Origin: Haliotis cracherodii
Taxonomy: Eukaryota
Direction of reading: 5' to 3'
Assembly (NCBI RefSeq): GCF_022045235.1
Contig: NW_027266270.1
Coordinates: 34,348,001-34,412,000 of the forward strand
DNA: 64,000 nucleotides
Below, one piece after another: positions 1-12,300 of the stretch; the stretch's first letter is position 1, and the number at the start of each line of letters is the position of its first letter. The position numbers were made by a program, and so were the translations under genes. Below the pieces are notes generated by a model. It had not been told where the DNA came from and did no database searches. It saw only the letters and a program-made list of their open reading frames with translations.

Positions 1-820
1 CAGCTATTTTTCCATCAAATATATCATGACTGGTATATTTATACAAACGAGTTAATTCTCTCTTATGTCTTGACATCAGAATACCTACATCAAAAGTGCG
101 AGGTATTATTACCAGTCACTCAATCTCAATCAAACTACGTTCACATTTAATTTTGATTTCAAATATATATCAGTTAAAAAATTTGGAATTCCAGTCTCGT
201 TTCCTCGATGCGTTTTATGATCAGACATTTTTATTTGTTTATGGAAATGAAGTATTATCTGAACAATCCGTCAGTCTCAGCGTGCATGCTGTAGTGAGGC
301 CCAGTGGCGCTATTCCCGTGGGAAGTACATACTGGCTAGAAATCGCAAAGTTTCTGTTAGACTCTTCTGTTAAGGAAATAGGAATGATTTATTGTTTCAT
401 TGACACGTATCGCCTATTCATATGAGTAAATACCAAATAAAACCTGTCATATTAATAACTTTACTGCTTTGTACTTACCAACTGTCATCACACGTGTGTG
501 AACTCGACATTACAAAAGCGAACTTATGCGAAAAGTGCGGACACATGTACATGCCCACTGGTTTACCTCTGATTTGGATGCCAGCTAAAATGTGAAGTCT
601 TCAGCTCTTTTCTGGCTGGACACAATTTCAAAACTAGTTATCAGACGAGTAAACCAAGATTCAACAGTGTAATGGTGCATTTGAATAGTGCCTTAGTTTA
701 AGATGAACCTAATTTAATGGCATAAAAATCCTCTGAGTAAGGTGCGTTTGTGCTGGGATGTGGGAGACGCCCGTAAATCGCTGTGGAGAGTTGCGCCCCA
801 AATGCCTAGCAGAATTCTAG

Positions 821-1331
821 GAGGGTCCTGACGGGGGGGGGGTCCCATAAGCAGTAAAATCTAGGGAATTTAGGGTACTTTTTCATTACGCAGTAATTCT
901 CTTCTTTTTCAATAAAATCGTCGCGAAATTATTTTTTTTATGGGGGTCGCATATTTGTTTCACAAAAATGCCAAATGAATTTTTTCAACAAATATTATAA
1001 TATTATCACCAGGTTATTTTACCTTTCGTTTCATCCTGACAATTCATATTTTTAATACCGAGTAAAATCTCAAATCGCTAAACATTCTAGACTGGTCCCC
1101 TGCATCAGTTGCGCAGCCTGCTTTCTGTGGCGAAGCATTTGGGTCTTGAAGACAGACTGTTTTTGACCATTTTAATCATTTTACGATAAGCAGTAAATGA
1201 ATTATTTACGTTAAGCAGTTATTTTTTGGTATTTTCTGTTAAGCATTTACGATAAAAAAAGATGAATTTTACGTTTACGATAGTGTTTGAAAGGTGTTTT
1301 ACGTTCAGCATTAAAACCCATCAGGACCCTC
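821..1331. mobile_element. Non-autonomous TIR DNA transposon (MITE), superfamily uncertain
   Basis: Termini GAGGGTCCTGA(C/T)GGG ... CCCATCAGGACCCTC; TTCTAG duplicated at 815-820 and 1332-1337; no coding capacity. Confidence 0.75.
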
Positions 1332-1403
1332 TTCTAGGACTGAAACAATGTTAAAGTGACGTTAAAACGTACTTACTCACTACTTGTGTTTGTCTTTCAC
1401 ATT

Positions 1404-1780
1404 CGAGATAACTTACTATTTCATGATTGACATTGTCATAAGTGTTGTTGAGACAACGTACTATTTAATGATTGACGTTGTCATAAGTGTTGTTGAGATA
1501 ATGTACTATTTAATGATTGACGTTGTCATAAGTGTTGTTGAGATAACGTACTATTTAATGATTGACGTTGTCATAAGTGTTGTTGAGATAACGTACTATT
1601 TAATGATTGACGTTGTCATAAGTGTGGTTGAGATAACGTTCTATTCATGTATTGACGTTGTCATAAGTGTTGTTGATATAACGTACTATTTAATGATTGA
1701 CGTTGTCATAAGTGTTGTTGAGATAACGTACTATTTATTGATCAACGTTCCCATCGGTGTTATTGAGATGACGTACTATT
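1404..1780. repeat. 45-bp minisatellite, ~8 copies
   Basis: Unit GAGATAACGTACTATTTAATGATTGACGTTGTCATAAGTGTTGTT; explains the 15-aa periodic ORF 1384-1782. Confidence 0.95.
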
Positions 1781-2828
1781 AATTGATTAAAGTTTTCAGT
1801 CTTTGTTTGATAGGCATTCCTTAGAAGTTGACGGATGACAAGGTAGACACAATTTATGGATAAAATCTTCTTTAGTGTTCTGTTATAAGTTTTTAATGTG
1901 ACGTTTACACGATATACAGTTTTTCTATTGGACGAGAAGGCGGTCACAGGCCGCGAAAATGACGTTCATGCGTTTTTCACGAGACTGTATTCTTTAAATG
2001 ACGGAAATACTGACGGACTATTTGCATTCCTGGGGGAACCCCTGGGAATTCCCTAGCACGAATACATACAGAAGCGTCGTTTCAGATCATTTAGACCCTT
2101 TATTCTTGAACTCAGGGTTGTAACATACATGGAGAACAATTAGAGAGTTTTACTGCTTGATCGTTCTTGAGACCCCTCACTACGACCCATCCTAGTGAAC
2201 CAGACGAAGAAACAACTAGCGTAGTTTCCACTCGATACTTGACTGGACTTACAGTGACAGTCTACAGCAATCTATAAAATTACCTGAGAATCTGTTTGCC
2301 ACATCTTTATAATCACCTTTCAATGATCGGCCAGTTGATCAATGATGACTAAAACATGTAGCTGCCACAGGTTCATTTACAACTTCGGAAATGTCTCCCG
2401 TCACGTTTATCGTGTCGGCCATTTTGACGTCTTGTACTTGATGTAAATGTATTATGACGCGTTGTCATTGTGACTGACTAACTAAGGTAGCTCTTAACGT
2501 ACCTTTCTCGTTTAATGACGATCTTATTTGACTATATTTGTTGTAAACAAACTACAAAAGATGTCACTGTAGAACAATGTGAGCATATATTCGATCACGT
2601 TACCCTTCCTGTTGAAGAACTACTTTATTCCGCGGTACAGATGGTTGTTGAATGGCTGTCAGTGTAAACATTAAGTCTCACATACTAAATAATATTGCGT
2701 ATAGATCTACATCCTTCGAGGTAAAAAAAATGTCCCCTGCCGGGATGTTGCTGAAATATTGCTATGATCGGCGTAAAACAATACTCACTCAGTTACTCGA
2801 GGTAAAAAATAGTGATATAAAAAATAAG

Positions 2829-2977
2829 AAGAATTGACTTACACTTTGTGTGGGTTCATTGGAGTATGAACCTTCATAGAGTGAGGGCCAAACTGTATGA
2901 ACGTCGGAGCAAGTTTGGTCCTCACTCTATGAAGGTTCATACTCCAATGAACTCACACAAAGTGAAAGTAAATTCTT
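2829..2977. repeat. Fold-back inverted repeat (~66-bp arms, 17-nt loop), MITE-like
   Basis: 2829-2894 is the near-perfect reverse complement of 2912-2977. Confidence 0.9.
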
Positions 2978-3332
2978 AAATAGCGACATTTCGGTACAGA
3001 TCTCTATAGACATATAACCGTCTTTCTTGAACACGGTATAAGGATCTATACCGAAAAGTCGCTATAATAGTATATTAAAGAAGTTGTTATCCATAAATTG
3101 TGTCTACATTGTTGTCTCCAGTGATGATAAAACATGACGATGTGGTTATTAAAAACATATACTTTGTCAGAAGAATCCGACATTTTACTGGTGACATAGA
3201 AAATGTAAAACCGAAAACGTGAAGATTGTTGCCATGCTACAGTAGACAGTGATGGATGATGACGTGTTTTCATAAGTTGTCTTTTATGTTTCAGAATTTT
3301 AACATTAAGCAGTCGTACAGTACCAAGCAAAG

Positions 3333-3363
3333 ATGAGCTGCAACACTCTGCTGACTATAGCAG
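3333..3363 (+). CDS. Coding exon 1 (ATG, start of signal peptide MSCNTLLTIA)
   Basis: Acceptor TTTCAG ending 3294, ATG 3333, donor CAG|GTAAAA, phase 1 matching the next exon. Confidence 0.72.
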
Positions 3364-6300
3364 GTAAAACCTGGGTTTATAGTGAGTACGTGAGTTGGGT
3401 TTTAACGCCACTTTCAACAATACATGTAACGAAGTTATACCACGGCGTGTTAGCTTAATGTTGGAGAAAAAAACAAAGTGATGCAGGTCTGAGACGTCTA
3501 GAACCCACGACCACGGGTATAGTTCTGACAAACCCAAAATGATAACCGGGGCGAACCGGGATTCGAACCCAGATGGGTCTCTGGCGTTCCTAAGAGACGC
3601 AACTTTGCACAGCGAATTATGGCGCCTCAGGCGACAGGACCACCCGTGTCCCTTGGGTGTACATGTCATTAAACCTCGGTAACTCGAACTCGGTTAACTC
3701 GATATCTCGTTTGAAGTATGTAACTTTATGTTCACGGAGGAAAGTTAATCATCTCTCTTGCACATTGTCTCGAAATACGGATAAGGCGATTATATTTTTT
3801 TTTCAAGAATCTGTTAAAAAAGTTATATGCTGCATTTAGATATTCGATGTTCTTGGGTTGGAACAAAATCATCATTGGATATAACAGTACATTAATATTT
3901 GTGTAAGCTGTCAAAAACGACTTGCGACAACATATTGAAAACATTTCTTATAAATAGATACATCAACAATAATAGCTTCACACAGTGGTTATTTAAATCT
4001 TTAACTCAAAGACAACTGTTGACAACAATACGAAATGTGACATCGTTCGGTGCATTTATGGAGCACAAGTCCCGCCCATTCTATTATCAGCCAATCAGGA
4101 AACAACACTAGGTTAGTGGGCGTGGCCTACCTGTTTTTGATTTATGGAAACATAAAGGCAAAATAATTATTTGTTCAGACAAAAACCACGGATTTACTTG
4201 CAATATATTTATTTATTATTTATTTATTTACCTATGAACAAAAGTTTCTCGCCGCACTATAAGCTTTTTCTTCCCTCGCTGTTCCCAGCAACCTACCCTT
4301 GTCGTAAGAAACGACTTATTGGAGTAGGTGGTCAACGTTTAGTAGCTTAGTCGATTAGGTGGCCTAAGACGGTGTGGATCCTTGCTCACAATCAGTTACT
4401 GTGTTGTCTGGTCCAGACTCGATTATTTACATACAGATGGAATATCGACGAGAGTGGCGTGAAACAACAAATGAAAAAACATATCTGAACATAACCCGAA
4501 GTATGACTGTTGATAGTTTAAATGTAATAAAACATCTAATAATTGGTTTTGAAATGCACGATTTAAAATTAGATTTGTACAATTTGGCGTCATTGATTTT
4601 CGAACAGTTTCGAATAAACGTGCACCCCTGCATCAACTCTCAGAGAACACTCACAGAATTCTATGTATTCTTCCATAATATTGTCCAAGAGTAACCTCTG
4701 GGACAAACACCGACAGCGTGGCACGCGTAATACTACTTGTTGACGACGTATTTTCAGCACAGAAAGGCGTCTGTTGACACGTGATTATGTGCATGTCTTC
4801 ATTATGTGATGTAACTTGTCAACGCAGGTGGTTGTGTACATGTATATGTCGTTATAGGAGATTAACATGTCAATGAAGGTGTATATGTCGTTACATGAGA
4901 TGTAATAATGATAAAGTAGGACATGACACGTGTATTAGTCAAACATTGATGATCTTCCCTCCGGCAGTGTGGACGGTGTTGGTGGTGTTGGCCGTAGGCT
5001 GTGACGAGCAGTGCACGTCGGCGTTCCAGCAGCGCCTAGCGGAGGCGGCACAGGGCGGCAATGCTTCATCCTCCCTACAGAGAAGTTGCGAGTGAGTACA
5101 CGTTGTCTGTTATACGTTTATAACGAACATGCCTATAACGAACTGACGGATATGACGAACTTATTTTTTGTCCCGGCCACTGCTGTATATATTCTGTACA
5201 TATGCTTATATCGAACCACTGTTATAACGAAATAAAATTAGTGGCTTCTTTGAGTTTGTTATAACCGTAGTTCGTATGTCCGGAACATGTTCAAATTTAC
5301 CTTTATTTTGCATGGGTGGACAAGAAACATAAGAAGGTCCCGGGGGAAGAATAGAGATAACCAACAAAAGATTGATTTTGAGAAAATAAATTGAACATTT
5401 ATGGTTGCCTGAGAAAGATTGAAATAAGTTTGGGAAAGAAAGAAAATTCTTACTTGTCAAGTCATGTATGTTTACTTTACAAAAGAGATGCAGCCAACAA
5501 TGTTAATATAAGTAGGTATTTGAGATCTTTACAGACACACACCAGTGGACAAGAGAGTGGGCTATCGCAGTCTTCGTGAAAGGTGGTTGTCACCGTTTTC
5601 CCTGAAACTCGGACTTATTGACAAATCTCATTTGCAGATATAAAACTTTAAATACTGATTCCAACAGTCCGAGTTCATTTCAAATCAAAACATTAAACAG
5701 GGTGCCGAGGAACCTGCACAATTCAGACCTGTAAATACAAAAGGTAGACAAGAAATGTGATTTGCAGTCATTCCTGTAATGTTACAAATGTCAGTATTTT
5801 CACTACTAATTCTTCTGGTAGATGTAACAGTTGAATCTCAAGAAAGAAAACACTTTGAATAAGAATATGTAGATGGAAAAGTATTGCTTTTCCCGGTATG
5901 TTAAAATTAGTTGTGAAAGTTTGTGAGATGACCTTGAATGACATCCAACAGTAGTTTCATGTTTGCAGGGAAAAAACATGATTACCCTGTTTTGACAACT
6001 TTGCATTACAAAATAAAATTAAAAAAATATTCCGTTCAAACTTTTGAAAGATACTTCAGTATCTGGCAACCCACTAAATATAATTATCTCAAATTCTCTG
6101 GATGTGTGGCTTATCACTATCTTTCCCCGAGGCCTTCATTAACATACACTAGTTACCAACCAATCGAGCGATTAAGAAGTGGGTTTGCAGAGTTCGTCAG
6201 ATAGTGTGCGGGAAACCAACCTCGGTCTTCAGTCTGACGAGACGCTTCAGCACTTGTCTTTCCCGCTGCTCTGTGCCAAGGAAAATAATTTTATTTCAAC

Positions 6301-9300
6301 ATATGTCTCAAAATGTACAGAAGGAAAAATGGTTCACAATATAAAACAGTGAACTATTAGTATATTATGTCCAGCTGAATTGAAGAAATGTGTTGAATGA
6401 ATTGAAAGGTTCATAACAAATGCTTCCTTTACTTTCTGGGCCCACTCGCACAAAGCGATCTTAGCGCTACGACTATTGTAAGCCTATGTTAAAGCATGGG
6501 GATTACGATCATCTTAGCGCTAAGATCGCTTTGTGCAAGTAGGCCCTGATCCCTTATTTCTTTCTGTCAGTATATGATTTGTGACCAATAGACTGGAAAT
6601 ACCGATCTTAAAAACAATGTTCGTGACGTCATTTAATGATCAATATTATGATTGGATGGAACAGCCCGGAATCATTTCATTTTGTCCGATTCGACATGAT
6701 GGTTGTGTACTGTTCATGTATTTGGCGACTGCAACTCAGTGAAGAATACGACCCGCGAAGATCCGGGGTAGAATAGGTCTTCAGCAACACACGCTTGTCG
6801 TAAATGCGACTATACTTGACAGCCGTCATATAGCTGGAATATTGCTGAGTGCGGCGTCAAACAACAAACAAACAGTGAACAATACGTTTCTATCAATGAT
6901 ACGGTTCCAGGGCCATCAAACTGCACCTTCAGTGCCTGGGCGAGATCCGGGCCAGCTGTAACGCCAATCAGATTCAGATGGTGAACAGCACCATCACCAC
7001 CATGCAGGCCAACTACGACAGGTCCTGTACCGAGGGTGAGTACCGTAGTCACTCTGTTTGACGATTCTATGAGAGTCTCTGGTTCCACATAGGAGGTAGG
7101 AAACGACTGTTAATTATTATTTTATCCGAAAACATTCTGTTATATTAAAACATTAGTACGGAACAGCTATTTGTTAGTCAGGACGTTTGATAATTTGTCT
7201 GGTCATAAATAACGGCATCTTCCTGAGGCAAGGGAGTTAACTGACTAAAAGTCCAGTTTCCACCCTTGACGAACTAAGCTGAATTTTTGGGCTCGATCGA
7301 AGCGCCACCAGTGGCTATTACAAGCTATGTCCTTCTATGACCACCTTTCATATCACTTGCATTTGCTTCAAATAAATAGGCGTCGCCCAGTGAAGACGAT
7401 CTATTCGATAATCATGATCTATAAATGATAAAACGGTCTTACTTCGCGAAGTGCATCAACTCAAGGGAACACCTGGATTAGAAACATGAAAAGATTTGGA
7501 AAATATCTATTGACGCTAAGTTGTCGGTGCACATGCCGTGCAGTTTTATAACCGGATGTTGATTTCGTTACGCGATTTTGATTTAACCATGTATAGACTC
7601 GTTAGTCCAACCCAAATATAACTCCGAAATTGCAGCCTAGTTCGGCAAGGGTGGAAACTGGACTTTTATAGTCAGTTCACTCCCTTGTTTCGTGAAAATG
7701 AAATAACGGTACCGTTTTAAGTGTCCGGGCTTCTTCTGTAGATAAATGTGTATCTGTTTGTCAGTTGTACATATGTTGTTCCAGGAAGTGCCGGGGCGGA
7801 CGTTGCCAGCTGTGGAGCACGCTACGTGGTCTGCAACGAGAAGTTCAACGCCACCTTCTTCCCCGCGCTCAATGCGTATGATCTTACAGCGGCATGCGGG
7901 TGTGTACTTTCACTGACTTTCAAATGAAAATATATAGTTGTTTGGTTACTTTGGTTTGTCAATCCATTTACCTGTCATCACACCCTTGAAGATCCGAGTT
8001 ACAATAGGTCTTCAGCGACCCATGTTTGTCGTCAGAGGCGACTATTCTTGTCGTAAAAGGTGACTAACGGGATTGGGTGGTCAATTGCGAAGATCAATGC
8101 TCCTGATGTCAGTCATTGGAATATCTGGTCGATACTCGATTATTTACAGACCGCCGTCATTTATTTGGAATAGTGCGGCGTTAAACAACAAACAAACCTA
8201 TTATCTGGCTACTCTTTTCTTTATAATTTTTTTTTAAAACCAATTATGCACACTACCATGAATGAAAAAGTGATACGCAAACTTATAACAATCAACATTA
8301 ATAAGGCCCTAAGATCAAAACTGTCAAATCACTTGCAATTCGAAACGGGAACGGCTGGTATCACGAGTATTCACGAATGATACTCGATACAAGGAAGTGA
8401 AGCTGATGATCCTATTTCACTCTTGCCCCCCTCGCCAGCTCCCTGAACAACTACACGGCATGTGTGGAGTCGCTCCTCACGTCCCCCGACTGCTCTCAGT
8501 ATGCAGGATACGCCGTCAACACCATCAACGGCATCAGGACCCGCTACTCTTCCACTTGTCAGGGAGGTGAGTCACGCCATTAGAGTTATCTCCCTTTCAG
8601 ATTGGTCCAGCGTATTGTAAATGTAGGCAGTAACAATTAGTCTCTGAAAATATGTAATTTTGACTGAAAGAAGCAGCTACATATAACTTGAAAAGAAGCC
8701 CTAGTGACATGGGTCACGAACCTGTTAAAAATCTAGACTTGCTTCATTTAGGCCTATAGCCTCAGGGCTGGACGAAAGGGAAACATCCGGCCTATCCAGC
8801 TAACTTCAATCAATATCTAACCGTGGCACGGAATACATTTATATTTAAGAATATATTCTTACCAGTGCATGGTTTCTTCAATTCCTTTGCTTTTGTGCAT
8901 TTTTAAAACCACCCTGTCTGTGTGAGGGGATTCAGTGGGGTTGCCTGAGATTTCATTGGGGACAAATGTTTTACTTTCCTCAAACCTTCCATTGTAGCCA
9001 GAATGGGTTTTTTTGCGCCAAAGATGGAACAAAAGAATAGTTATTCCGTATTACAGTAACATATTTTGAGATCGTGTTGTCCACACACAAATACATTCTT
9101 CAAAACTGTCAAGGGTCGGAGTACTCTTCCAAGATTTTCTCAGTTTGATACAAGTCACTTCTTACAGCATCTTGATCTTGGGCTCCGGCCATTGGAGCAT
9201 AGTTCCTCTAATTGAATGTGTGATGAAGGCAATTATCTACACACAGACACTGCAACCACTGGAGCCAACATGGCGCGTTGTCTTAATGGAACCATGGAGT

Positions 9301-12300
9301 GCTTCACAACCTTCAACAGGACGTTCTTCCCATCTGTCCGGAAGTCAGACATGAGACTCATGTGCAGGTCAGGTCACATAAATGCTTCCGGTCGTATTGG
9401 CAATCTCGTATCCGCAGTAGACAGTCTTCAAAACATGAAGGTCCATCAGATTCTACATTCAGATATCGCTGAATCCCTGTTAACGCTGTTTTGAACAATA
9501 TTCCAGTTACATCACGGCGTGTCAGCTTAATAAGGGAGGAAAGCCCGGAGTGATGCATGTCTCAGACGTTTACCACTTTGGTTAGACCCACGAGCACGGA
9601 TATAGTGTTGTAAACCTAGAAACACTCGGGGCAAAACGGGATTCGAACCCACGACCATAGGTTTCTGGCGTGCCCAAGGGACGTAACTCTGCACAGCGAA
9701 TTGTGGCGCCTTAGACGACTGGGCCACCCGTGCCCCCTTTGGAAGAACGAGGGATTGTTGCTTTACAATGCAGTCTTTAAATTTATGAGCCGAGTAGAAC
9801 AGCCAATAAACGCAAACGTAGTTTTTTGATGATTTTGTTTGTCACCGACACTCGATACGTCCTTCAAAATTACCACTTCGCGAATTTCGCCTTTTGTTAT
9901 TTTCGCACAACCGTTTCTAACCCCATGTTTCTCCGACCTATCTTGCTATCGTATCAGTTCCTGTTTCATACTCACGAGCAGCCCCTGTTTACAAGGTACT
10001 GTGTTCTGTCTCTGTGTAGTTCTGTGTCCAACTACTCCAAGTGCATCAACGCCCTTGCTGCCGACACTTCCTGTAATCAGTACACGTCCCAGGCTGTCTC
10101 CAGCATACAGGTGCTCGAACAACAACACCAGGTGGCCTGTGGAGCGGGTAGGTAACTCTATAAAGGGGCATAACTCCTGTTATCAAGGCAAGCATGCACT
10201 CATCATATGAGTCTGCCTCTGTTTATCATTGGGAATATGTAATGTTAGAGGGTGGCAACCTTTCAACAAAATTATGTCCCAGCAGATACTATCTTAATTG
10301 CTTGCGAACCCAAAGTTATACTCCGATCTCTCAATAAATGGTGAGAAAGAGCCCAATTGAAAGATAACAAGACACTATTTCTCAACAAATCACATGACAC
10401 GAAAAATCATGTGTGGAGTGTGGATAGAAATATCCACCGACCAAGGATGTTTTAGATATAGAAAAAATGTTTGCACTGTCTATTATAAATACATGTTTAA
10501 TATAATTCCAAACCTAGGTAAAGAGATTCAGCTATAATATGCAAACAAAACACAGTGAAACATTGTTCTCTGATAGTGCCGTGGGATAGCGAAAATATAT
10601 AGTTAGTGTGAGACAAGGCGATTGTCGATGTGAGACAAAAATGGCGTTAAGGATTCAATAAGATTCGTAACATTACGTCCAACGCCAAATGTCGAGTTAC
10701 AAAAGTTCAACTTGACGCGGTTTCACTGTGAATGAGAACCAAAATGTTGCAGTGCACATACAGCCAGGAACCAGTCTCCACGAAAAGGAATGTAATACAT
10801 ATTCCCACACTGTAGGTATGGACCTAGGTATAACTGTACGGAATCCAGCATGAGACGTGACCATCAGTTGCGCTTTGTTGTGAATGACAATTTGACTGAA
10901 AAGTGAAATATTATGTCGTGAACGACATTTTACTTAATCATGATACGCAAAATGATTATTCTCAGTGTAACTTAAGTGTGACGTTGTTACGTTTAGATGG
11001 TGGGGCCAAAGCCACTGAGTGTTTGAGAAGCTTCAGGGACTGTTATCAGCACTTCAATGAAACTTTCAACCCAGCCGTTCAAGCCATGAACATTGAGAAA
11101 CTATGCGAGTAAGTATTTAAACACCACTGATTGGGACCCACCATTTCAGTTTTTTCTTAGAAACATTATATTTTCCGGTCACTGCTTCAAATCATGCATT
11201 TTTTTCTGTGAAAGGAGAAGCTGGACAAGTCAATTTGGATACTTTTAAATATTTTGTTTGGGACAAAACTATCCCGTAGAAAATGCATTTCCAGCAGCCA
11301 TGTGTTGCCAGTTAAGTATAATGCACTTGTAGCAATGATTCACAATTCCAATTATGTCTTTTCAATAGATCCGTTTCAACCATTGCCAGTTATATCAATG
11401 GCGAAAATGTAATTTTGTAGTCCTTACTTATTAATATCATCAACTGTTGTCAAGCAACATAGTATACATTATCTATTTAACAATAATGGCTACTTGGTCT
11501 CTTCACGTGTTCTATGAGTTTCTATCTGGTAGGAGTCTAGCGATGATTGTTACGTGGTCGCTACTGGTGTTGTCTTGTATTGCTTCACACGTGGAGTTTA
11601 AGGAATTTGATGAAAGTGTAAAAACTATTTGATATCTGCGATACAATGGTTTACACAAATGGATCTTTAAATGCACGTGGAAGGGTTGAGGCACATGGCA
11701 TGTTAAGACTGCAAACAACCTTATGTCTATGGATCCTTCCGCCGTACACTAAGCTCATGACCATCACCCTGGTTACGTAAAATAAAGAACCTGTATTCTC
11801 TGCTTGTGGGTTACACTACTGACTTCTCTTCGGTAGGTCCATGGACGAATACAAGGTGTGTTCAGTTGGAATACCTGACGACTGTGACAAGTACCTAGGC
11901 CAGTCCATTGACGGCCTGGACAGGATGCAGGCCCAGTACTCTCAGTACTGCACCCCAGGTAAGCTGGCTATACTCGCAGTACTGCACCCGAGGTAATATG
12001 GCTATACTGCACCCCAGGTAAGCTGGCTATACTCACAGTACTGCACCTCAGGTAAGCTGGCTATACTCACAGTACTGCACCCCAGGTAAGCTGGCTACAC
12101 TCACAGTACTGCACCCCAGGTAAGCTGGCTATACTCACAGTATTGCACCCCAGGTAAGCTTGCTATACTCACAGTACTACACACCGGGTTAGTTGGATAT
12201 ACTGCATAACGGGTAAGCTGGCTATACCAACAGTACTGCACCCCAGGTAAGCTGGATATACTCACAGTACTGCACCCCAGGTAAGCTGTCTATACTCACA

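Noticed and set aside
1384-1782. 132-aa hydrophobic repeat ORF
   Set aside because: By-product of a 45-bp minisatellite; TTG start, no splice support
2380-2500. Promoter and first non-coding exon of the gene (YY1-like GCCATTTT, TGACGTC, AAG|GTAG)
   Set aside because: Motifs are short and the TSS cannot be fixed from sequence; the acceptor at 3294 implies an upstream exon but not its position
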